Both the position numbers and the translations under genes were made by a program. Under the pieces are notes generated by a model that saw only the letters and a list, made by a program, of their open reading frames with translations, searched no databases and was not told the origin of the DNA. DNA of 64,000 nt, from assembly GCA_040954595.2 (NCBI GenBank), contig CM082581.2, positions 10,911,099 through 10,975,098 on the forward strand. Direction: 5' to 3'. The stretch is from Balanoglossus misakiensis. Its lineage: Eukaryota; Animalia; Hemichordata. This document shows positions 54,501-64,000 of the stretch, piece by piece. Each line of letters starts with the position of its first letter. Within the stretch, counting starts at the first letter, position 1.

Positions 54501-57352
54501 CAGAGATTTGTGAAATTTGAAAGCTGTTTTGTTAAATTTAACAAAGTTTATCGACTTCTAGTCATATATATGTAGCAGGATCACATCAGGAAAACTTCAG
54601 CATTTCTTCCAGAACTGATGTTTTTTTATTTCAGAAGTCCTAGTAAAAGGCTATCTCTCAGTGTTCTTTTCATCCTAGTGATGGACATCTCTGTGATCTT
54701 CATCAGCGCATGTACTAAACATGTCAGTTGAAAATATCTTTCAGATGAACTTCTGCTGAACTATCGCTTCACCTTTAACCTTACCAAGTCCGATGACAAG
54801 TCCATCACTGCCATTAATTTCAAATGCATCATCAATCGTGGAAACCGTGACATTGAATTCAATTTGAACGCAGACAAAGGCTGCATATTGATGATCACGT
54901 ACACATCAAGTGAGTTTTCTCAAAACCCTGCTTGCTGTTCTTAACTGATTTTTGTTTTCGTTTTGCCTTTTTTTGTCGTTTCAGATGAGCTTCTGTTTAA
55001 CTTTATTTACACTTTCAACCTGACCAGTGCCACTGACAAAGATACAAAGAATATTAATTTCAAATGTGTAGCGGGCTACGGTGACCGAGACATTGAATTC
55101 AATCTAAACCCTGACCAAGCATGTTCCCTGGTTATCACGTATACCTCACGTGAGTTTTCTGTCACATCTGTTTCATGAAACAGGTCATTCCGTGTTTTTT
55201 TGTAAAAAGTCCATGAAATCACTTTAATATAGCTATTAAAAAGAATGTGATCATAATTAGATTGATCACTGAGTAGATTGCATCCATTGTTTTCCATTTT
55301 CTGTTCATTTCACATCGGAATGGTACTCATAGGTCACATCTCTCAGTCTGCACATTTGAATAATTCACATTTTTGTTTATATGCGTGTGTACATCCAACA
55401 TGGAATAGTTAAATGCATTGCCCACTCAACCCCAGCCTTGGTGCCAACTAATACACCTTGTGTGGCCAATGAAATGGCATTATGTTTATCCGACAAGCCA
55501 AGAGTTGACCCTTTACATGGTGTAAAACTAATGTGTTTAAAAAAATTTCTAATACTGCTTGTTTGATAAAAAGTATTGCAACTTTTCCTGTGTTTTCATC
55601 CACACACCACCAGTCCATGATGTACATTTTTTAGAAACAATGAAATTGTCATTATTTGAGTTTTAGTGGATTTGAGCATCATCTAGTCTAGCATGAACAA
55701 GAACAAGCTGAAGTATATAACTTCATTCATCTGGCTTTCCATTGTGTGGTGCTATGGGATCAGATGAACATCTGACTGAGAGCTAGGGGGTCCGATGACC
55801 ATCTTATTGAGAGCTAGGGGGTCCGACGACCTTCTTACTGAGTGCTAGGGGATCAATGAACATCTTACTGAGAGCTAAGGGGTCCGATGACCATCGCAGT
55901 CTGTGCAAAGTCCATTGATTCACTCCTTCACTTTTGACGCAAATAATAAAAGAAATATTTCAATAAAATAGCAGTCAGGCTCATGCAAAATATTGCATGT
56001 TTTTGTTTTCTTCCTCAGAACACAATCCAACGGAGGAAGTGATAGTGAAAGAAACCTCAGTCACCCGATACAGGAGATATTTTTCAAGGAAGGATTTTGA
56101 CTTCAGCAGCCATGCCAACACCACATTCTATGTGTATCTCAGCAATTTCACAGTACCCTTCTGGTTCCAGGTAAGTTCATTAGACTTTAGAGTCCTGTGT
56201 TGCACTACATATGGAGTATTACTCACACAGACCCAGACCCCCCAGGTTTGGAAACAACAGAAGAAAATAGAAGCGTTACTTACACTTGGCATTTTTTTGT
56301 CTTGATGACAGATCTCCTTCTCATGGAGGGCTGTGGTGATGTTGGATCTTCTGCAGTTCTTTGTGACTTTCTTCAGTTGCTTCCTGTCCCTGCTGCTGAT
56401 TGCTGCCATCATTTGGAAAATCAAACAGAAGTATGATGCGTATGTGCGTCGGAGGGTAAGTTGGTACAGTTAAGAAGGGTCGCCAGGTTTTCCAAAACAT
56501 TTGTCAGGGTTCCCTGACCTTAGCAATGTTACACCATGCCAAAGACCTACCCACTACAAGTACATGTACAACCTTCGGTGTGCACATGCATGTGACCAAT
56601 TGTTCCAACTTTATTTTCCTCACATTCAGGCCCATGTTGTAGAGATGGCCCAACTAGCTAGCAGACCTTTTGCCACTTCCTGTATAGAAATAGAAAAAGA
56701 AGAGGCACCTGCAGACAACTCGGCCAGTAAGCCAAGGGTAAGTTGATGCTTCATAGTGTTTGATGTCCTTGAACTGTTTATTCAGGTTGGTTCCAGATTT
56801 TGACATCAAAATCAACATGGTTGCTAGAGTGGAAGTAATGTAAATGCCCTGTATATTTCCAATAAAAAGCTCTTTTACATAAATAATGCTATGTTTTTCA
56901 GTGTTTAAAGTGATACATGTACCACACAAATATGCATTCACCAATCAGAATGCTTGATACTTTGGCCATTGACAACCACTCTAAACCACTTCAGTCCACC
57001 TGTCTATAAGTTCAGACCAATCCAAGCAATTCCCTGCATTGAAAACCTGAGAAGTTTTGATCATGCCTGCATATAACAGTAACCACACCATCTGGTCTTT
57101 TTCTCTCAACAGCGAAAAGCCAGTGCGTTAGCAATAGAGCCGTGTAAAGTAGGGAAAGCAGCTATTTTGAATCTACTGATACGACTGCCCTCGGATGAAG
57201 GAGGCTACACACCAGTTGGGTACAATGGCCTCACGTTCGCCAGTGCCTTAGTGCAAGTTAACACCAAGAAAAATACGGAACATAAAGGGAGTTTGCGGCA
57301 GAGGAAACATCAAAATCAACAATCAGTCCCAAATGGTACCAACTGTGTATAG
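39578..57352 (+). CDS. ATRN: Attractin / attractin-like (distracted-type) membrane protein, about 24 coding exons
   Basis: Signal peptide + EGF (39578-39816), CUB (45499-45585, 46840-46953 FEHFETECCWDYLNIYDGD, 47221-47364), EGF, Kelch repeats (48112-50116), PSI repeats (50700-52348), laminin-EGF (52733-54449), TM (LLQFFVTFFSCFLSLLLIAAIIWKIKQ), cytoplasmic LASRPFA; no C-type lectin exon seen. Confidence 0.93.
40561..40613. repeat. TA-bounded 23-bp hairpin (miniature palindromic element) in attractin intron 1
   Basis: tagcccagagaccagggcgtcga-aaagaga-tcgacgccctggtctccgggcta, 22/23 complementary. Confidence 0.85.
47465..47761. mobile_element. MITE-like element with long imperfect terminal inverted repeats in an attractin intron
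   Basis: Perfect 19-bp IR 47516-47534 / 47684-47702 (atttccagatgacgggcaa) plus outer imperfect IR gattctttactatcaatcacgt / acgtcatttgatagcgaagaatc; locally CpG-rich. Confidence 0.7.
51139..51197. repeat. (GATT/GACT)n microsatellite in attractin intron
   Basis: tgattgattgattgattgattgactgattgattgatt...tgactgactgac. Confidence 0.85.
54745..54909 (+). CDS. ATRN: Attractin duplicated exon copy A (candidate mutually exclusive exon)
   Basis: tttcag|AT GAA CTT...TCA A|gtgagt, 165 nt, phase 1-1; YELLLNYRFTFNLTKSDDKSITAINFKCIINRGNRDIEFNLNADKGCILMITYTS. Confidence 0.85.
54985..55149 (+). CDS. ATRN: Attractin duplicated exon copy B (candidate mutually exclusive exon)
   Basis: tttcag|AT GAG CTT...TCA C|gtgagt, 165 nt, phase 1-1; YELLFNFIYTFNLTSATDKDTKNINFKCVAGYGDRDIEFNLNPDQACSLVITYTS. 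Confidence 0.85.
55751..55895. repeat. 31-bp minisatellite, about 4.7 copies, in attractin intron
   Basis: Units starting 55751, 55782, 55813, 55844, 55874; consensus gctagggggtccgatgaccatcttactgaga. Confidence 0.9.
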
Positions 57353-58490
57353 CCCAAATTAATAATATATCATAAAATAGCTATTATCTGCTTGTAATAT
57401 AAAGAAAGATTTTATATGAATTCTGGAATGATTTTGCGTAATATTTTGTTGGTTCATATTTAAAGAATTGAGATATTATAAGGACAAGAATGTATGCATA
57501 ACAAGGTGTAAAAATGATTTTTTTATAACAACCCATCCTCTTTCAGTACGTGGGAAATGATACAAGATAATAGTTTGAATGACTAATTGCCTCTAAAGGC
57601 GAGCGCAGATAATACCATGATTGGTCCATAGTGACCTTTGACCCATAATAAACATAGTTCAAAGGTGACTTGGAGCCATGACTGGTAAATCACTGGCTCT
57701 TGCCAGAAACATGGCAGACATGCAAACAAGACACCTTTTTTTTTTTACAGAAAAAGGGGGATTTTAATTATTTTTATAGATGTAAAATAACAGTTATTAG
57801 CATGCAATTGTGTACAGAGTTTGCTCTGCATACCAGTGGCTCTTTCTGGTGCAACGGTTAGTATGCCAGGGGACTTAACTTGCAATCAACCCATTATAAC
57901 CCCCACCCCGCCCATCCCCTCCACTGCTTAATAATAAAGCAGGAAATGAAAGAATTTAAATAAATATTTCAACAGCACTAATTGGGGAAAGGGTTCTCCA
58001 CTACTTGGGTTTGACAAATATTGTAGTGGTAAATTGGGGCTAAAATTTTAAAGAACTGGCAACATATCACTCTGTTGTGTATTTTGTGTCGGTGACATTG
58101 TCGTCAAATCATTGTATTACACATTGTTTAATCTCTGTATGTCACTGTGCTATGGCCAGCACATAGACTCTTCATTGTAGTTTGTCATATTCTGCATCTA
58201 AACATTTCCCAGGCAGATGTCAAGTTGCCCTTACATGGTTATATGTTACAGATGGTTTCAGCCTCATAATGATACCATCTGCAGCAACACGGCTCTTTCC
58301 CGCTGTATGTCAATTGCAGAAAAAGAAAGTTTTATGTATTGAGCTTCTTCCTATATTCCAGTTTAGTCACCAGATCGGTAATTATGCATTGCTGTATGCT
58401 GTGTCCTTACGTTAATGTTTCTGCATACCAAAAGTATGCTTATTTTTCTATTCCATTCTACTCCTATTCTTTTCCTGTACTATTTTACTA

Positions 58491-58530
58491 CTATTCTCAT
58501 CTATTCTCATCTGTTCTCATCTATTCTGTT
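58491..58530. repeat. 10-bp tandem repeat (ctattctcat)x4 in probable attractin 3'UTR
   Basis: ctattctcat ctattctcat ctgttctcat ctattctgtt. Confidence 0.75.
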
Positions 58531-59870
58531 CTATATGAATTTGTGTTAGAAGTATATATCTGGAAATCATTTACATAACAGATTTGTTAAAGTTAGGTTT
58601 TATGCCGTTTTTGTTTTTACATTCACAGAAGAAGAAACAACCTATTGGTGAGGTAATTGTAATCTCATCTTTTGGAAACAAACATAAAGTGAAATGTCTT
58701 TCTTCTCTATCTTAAATGTGTGAATTTCACTCAATGAAATATTACACAATTTGTGCAGTGTACTTAATTATCAGGAATCCAGTGACTGTAGAGGGCGCAA
58801 TTTGTCCAGTTTTGAAGTACATAGTGTTGACCCTCTCGTTCCATGGTGCCACAGTATATCCTTTCACAACTCACTGAGTGGTGTGCTGGTAAAACAGCTC
58901 CCCTCCCCAGTAAAAAGGAAGTCTTTGTCAACACAACTCGCTCATCTTTTGAATTTTCCCATTCAGATACAGTACATTCCATCTGTGATTTCTCTTCTTA
59001 CAAATGGATTTGTTATCATGTGTGCCAGTGTGTTTCTCTTCGTCATAATGAACTTCTCTCAATCAGGTGCATGTGCATGAACTGTTGACAACTACCAAAG
59101 ACACTGGGTTCATGTCTTTCCGAGAAGTTTCCGGAGCACAGTCACTTAAGCCATGTCTGTATTCCGTCTGCTTTTCAGTTAAACAAATTTTTTTAGTAAA
59201 AGGAGTACTTTTTTACTATTAATCATGAAATGTCCTCCCTGGGTAAAATTGAATTGGGGGCCTGTTGACTTATCTCTGTATTTTTCTCCTTTCTTTAATT
59301 TTTTGCCAAAGTTATGGTGATGATGTGCAATCAAAAAAGCTACCCAATATTGTATCCTGGAAATAGTGTTTGTAAATTTTACAATTAAATCAGGTCTTTT
59401 TTAAAGAGAGTTTATATCCGCACCCAGATTTCTGATGAATAAACGCAACCAGAAATATGGGTGTAAAGGGGTTATGATTATGTATATAAAGACATTTGTC
59501 ATTTCACAACTGGGGTTTTGAAAATGGTGGTTTTCAAAGAAATTTCAAAAAAAAAAAATCCAGGAAATTTTATAATCATGTAAATGCAGCATCCATACTC
59601 TAAAATGACAAATGTTTTTCTTTCTTAATTTAGCCCCTTGTTATATACTACTTGAACTTTTTTCCTGTGATAACGAAAATGCAAATATTGTAAATAATTT
59701 GTAATTCTATTGCTGTACAGAATCTAATGTTGACAATGCGATGTCTGTATTTACCAGTAAACTGTATTGAATAGTCCTGTCTGTGAAAAAAGAAACTGGC
59801 ATTTTCATGTGTTCAATTCAGGTGGAATTAATTTTGTAAAAAAAAAAAAAAATAATGTGCCAATATTGAA

Positions 59871-59876
59871 AATAAA
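59871..59876 (+). terminator. Probable attractin poly(A) signal (about 2.5 kb 3'UTR)
   Basis: AATAAA just before the convergent PLPP 3' end, followed by GT-rich sequence. Confidence 0.45.
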
Positions 59877-60223
59877 ACCATTTGAATGAACTAGATGGAT
59901 GGTTTTTGAACCACATGGTCACAACAGGCTATCATCTGTGTGTATGTGTGTGGCTGTGTTTGAATTGACCATTACTCACCAGTCAATACAGAGCTGCGCA
60001 GTGACCACACAATTAGATTTATCAGTTTGTAAAATCAGCTTTATTATTTCAAAACTGAAAATGTGTTTCATTGGTGTTGAAAAAACAGCTTACTGTAGTA
60101 TTATATAAATGCATTTCATTCATGAATATATGTACTTAAATATTTTATTGTAGCAATTTGTGGCTTCCACTTCTTGAGCCATTTGTGTCTTTGTGCTGGC
60201 CAAGAAGTCGGCAGTCATTAGAA

Positions 60224-61992
60224 TCACATGTACTTGACGTTGCCTGAAACAGTCCTGTCTGAGACCACTCCTGTTAACTCTAACTTTGTTGCGCTGTCGC
60301 CATTTTCGAGCAACACCACCGGTTTGTCGCTGTGTGCGTGATTCAACGGTGGGTAATACTGTCTGTAGCAGAGGTAACAGAAGAGCAGACCGAGCCCGGA
60401 ACCGACCAGGACATCTGTGGAAAAAAACAGTAAAACAAGTGTCAGTCAGTTAGTGCCTGATCACTCAATCAGCCATCTCTCAATGCTGACCATCCTGCAG
60501 ACCACTGCCATCCTGCCATCCGTCGCACCCAACCCTCCAATATCCTCACCTTGCCAGTGGTGTTTGTAGTCCTCCGTCCTGGATATGGCGATCATAACAC
60601 CGCACCACAGAGGCAGTATTGCCAGACACAACCTCCACGTCGACCCCTGACCTCTGACACTGAAGCACTGCAACTTGCCGGCGATGTAGAGAGCGGTAAA
60701 GCCAAGTCCGGCGAACGCAACTGAAAGTGAAATCAACAGGAGAGTCTGTTTAGAGAATGGGGGGATGGGAAAATTAATTTCTGACATTTTGAACAGCCGT
60801 GAGACATTCTATGATCATGATGATAATAACGATGATGAACAAGTCATGTTATACTTCAAGTTGTAGACACAGATCAAACCAACCTGATGAATGGCCACTA
60901 GGAAAACTTTTCCTGCCTTCTAAGACAGTATCACGGTCCCCCGTACACTTCAGATCTGGAGTCATGTCGCCATCAGGGAAGCATCGCCAAAAGAAATCCG
61001 GGCGTGGTCTGCTCGTAAGAAAATATAAAGCATGGTCTCCATTACTTGGTACAAAATGTCCGAAAGCTGATTTCGTAGATCAGTAAGATGAATTTCTCCA
61101 AGGCAGTTACACCTACCTTCCAACACCCAGCTTTATTGTGTTAGTGATAAGGCAATTAAGACACAGTGTCAGTGTGACCGCTGCAAGAAAACAGAAAAAA
61201 ATGTCACACCGACAAATTTGGTGATGGTCCACTCAGCTGACAGTATCTATCCCACCTTCAACAGCAGACATATATGATTGGTCTGTGTCATAACTTAATT
61301 TGCATAATCAAGGTTTGGTACTAGAAGTTATTTTTCTCTTGTTGTTTTTTGGTACAACATTAATTGTTAATCCAATGACAAAATTGTGAGTGATCTTACC
61401 TAAAACAGCCTGCACAGCATCAACTCGGTCTTTTAGGATGATGAAAAATATGAGTATGACAAACAGAGGTACGAATATTGCGATTGACTGCAAAAAGGAA
61501 CGAGATAAAACTGTTATTTGCCAAGATGCACAAATCTTTTTTTTCAGAACAAACAGCCGAGGCCATCAAATGTCAAATTAGCTACTTGCATGTGAGTGAA
61601 ACAGCCAGAAATTTACAATGAGTGCGCAGTGATCGTCTTTTTTTTATCAATATTAATATTCAAGTAACTCACAAAAACAGTTGTCGTGGTTACAGTATCA
61701 GCTGACCTTGGGTTTTTGTACAGCCACATTTCTTCAGGTTGGATAACCCTGTGGAACGGCTCCATTTCTTCAGTGATGCTTATAACAGTAAAAAAAGACA
61801 ATATTTCTTCAGTCTGTTTAAACATAACATTTTTGGCCAAATTGGTGTGTGTGTGTGGGGGGGGACACATAAAAGTTTACCAGGGAGTGTATGCGTTTCA
61901 ATAGCAAGTACTCACAGGAAAAGGACCAACATCAACAATCTGAGACATATTTCACCAGTGATGGTGGCTGTATCCGGAGTTTTCCCCACCAT
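60224..61992 (-). CDS. PLPP5: Phospholipid phosphatase 4/5 (PAP2 family), 7 exons, 273 aa
   Basis: Exons 61916-61992, 61673-61778, 61400-61487, 61117-61180, 60884-61008, 60550-60720, 60224-60414; [57 protein letters not shown]. Confidence 0.93.
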
Positions 61993-62748
61993 CTCCACTG
62001 CATTTGGGTTTTACTGCACTGCAGTGTGGTTTTGTACGTAATTCAGATCAATGTCAGTCACAGGTGCAAAAAAGTAGTTGGGTCCAGTGGCCGGCGGCGG
62101 CGCAGCACGATCGACAGTGACAGTGTGATCGCAATCACGAATTCTCAAGGAGCAAGATCTGCAAGATGGTCGGCGTCGCTTTCGTTTGTTGGGAGAGTCT
62201 GGGCCGTTCGTAGCTCTATTACATTCATTGACACCGACACGATGATTGACCATAATACGTGTCCATGGGCCAGCTGATTACAGCAGGCTCGTCCACGGAC
62301 AGCTGATCCTCACAGCTGACGGAAACGTACAGACGCCCATGAAGTGCGCCACGAGCGGCAGAGTCACTCGAACGTTTATAAACAAGCTCCTGTTTTATAC
62401 CATGCTTCCCAGGGTCAGGGATATTTCTTTCAATTCAACTGGACAATCAACATGGTTCCACTTGGAAAGTACTGCATGGCGTCAGTTTCAGATCCACTGC
62501 TATTACTCTATCTACACTTCCATCAACATCCATACAAAGATACCACAAATTTCACTTTCGTTTGTTTAAAATCATATTTCATGATTAGTCATCTTTATTT
62601 TTTTATACTAAATTTGCATATCCCTTCTCCCCAAATCACACAGATACAATTTATTTTACAAGCTTCTTTTCTGCTGGTAAATGGACAGAACATTTCCCTG
62701 TTTCTCTTCAAAGGCAGAACAAAGACACAGTTTTAAAACAAGCACGGA

Positions 62749-64000
62749 TTATACGTTTTCATCTCCAAGCCTCCATAATTTGACTTCTCCATCGTCACTA
62801 CAGGAGGCTAAAAGTCCTGCATCCTTTGGGTTCCAGGCAACTGCGTTGACGTCATCAGAGTGAGCTTTGTTTGTAACAGAGACCAAATCGAACGATGGCT
62901 GGTTGCGGGAGTCTACCACTGACTCGTCCTCCTTGAAAATACGTATTGCATCATCCCCTGATGATGTTGCTATGCAACCAGTTAAATGGCACCTGGACAA
63001 AAGGAAGAAAAGGAAAGGCTGGGTTATTTTTCTTCAGAAAGCAATGTCAACTTCTGATCAAATGTAGACAATCAATTTACATGTCCATATATGGTAAAAA
63101 GGACACATATTGAACACAACCTATTTCAAGTTTCATCTTTGATGGGACACACTGGTAAAAAGATGATGAGAGAGGAGATGCAGACGGCCAATTTGGACAG
63201 AAATACCCACCACGCAATGTCATATACAGTCCTGCTGTGGTACCCTTGGATTGTACACACACACTTCCAGGTCGAGGTGTTTCCTGTGGTTGGTATGCCT
63301 GAAATAGACACACACAACAGTATCAGTTAATCCCTCCATATAGCATTGTAACTAATGGTAAGTTAGCCAGTGAGCTGACCTCCCATGACCTCTGTATGTA
63401 TGTACATATAAAAACATTCCAACCCTCTTTTCAAGTGAATGTACAAGTACATACCCTCTGGATTGCCCGGTGTATACTCCTGCCAAATTTTCACAGTTCT
63501 GTCATCGCTGCACGATGCGAGCCTGTCCCCCGTTTTGTTAAAACTGATGCTCCAGACCGTTGACTGGTGACTGTCCAGTGTGGCAAAACAACTCCAGTCA
63601 TCGTCTTCTTCATAGAACAGTTTCACTGTGTTGTCATAACTTGCTGATGCCAAAATCTGAAGGTATGCAAAGATATCGATATTCAAAAGGCCGGTTGTTA
63701 TTATTCATCATTTACTTTTCTAAAAGAATGGTTGGAGAACGCAGTATATGCGTTTTTATGGAAACATGCAGTCCCATATGTATTTATACATGTATTTCTT
63801 ATCTTTCATAGTTACACCTCTACATACCTCTTTTGATGGATGCCATAGAACCTTTTTAACGTCTTGTGTGTGGCTGCATTGCACGCTTGCACATTCATAA
63901 TCCTCATCTTCATGTTTCACTTCCCATATCCACACACTCTTGTCCCGACTGCAGGTAGCCAACAGTGACCCTGACACTGACCAACTCGCCGACTTGACCT
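62749..64000 (-). CDS. CIAO1: Cytosolic Fe-S assembly WD40 protein CIAO1, 3' part (5' end outside the window)
   Basis: Exons 63828->64000, 63455-63656, 63211-63298, 62749-62992; [63 protein letters not shown]. Confidence 0.95.

Noticed and set aside
55751-55895. 31-bp repeats as a CRISPR array
   Set aside because: Head-to-tail units with no spacers, in a eukaryotic intron, with no cas genes
57846-57890. tRNA/SINE A-box-like tggtgcaacggttag
   Set aside because: No B-box (GTTCRA) or cloverleaf follows
62011-62253. 80-aa ORF ending just upstream of the PLPP start as a regulatory uORF
   Set aside because: Lies in a CpG-rich promoter-like region; cannot tell whether it is transcribed, and such ORFs arise by chance in GC-rich DNA

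Overview
Eukaryotic (bilaterian invertebrate-like) genomic DNA with spliceosomal introns; no prokaryotic features, CRISPR, rRNA or tRNA found. 1-16 kb is a CpG-rich, gene-poor zone holding one intronless D1-like aminergic GPCR. 16.9-64 kb is a compact gene cluster: an unrecognised 4-exon Zn-finger/transposon-like gene (+), alpha-catenin (-, 18 coding exons, 919 aa), ADP-ribosylarginine hydrolase ADPRH (-), SFR1 (-), condensin subunit NCAPH (+, head-to-head with SFR1), attractin-like (+, about 24 exons), PLPP4/5 (-) and the 3' part of CIAO1 (-). Best leads: (1) a tandemly duplicated 165-nt attractin exon pair whose 75-nt intervening intron looks sterically unspliceable, suggesting mutually exclusive isoforms; (2) the intact spliced 392-aa orphan gene resembling the N-terminal half of a transposase-like protein; (3) the very tight SFR1-ADPRH junction. 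Exon boundaries were read by eye and gene identities come from recalled family motifs, not database searches.
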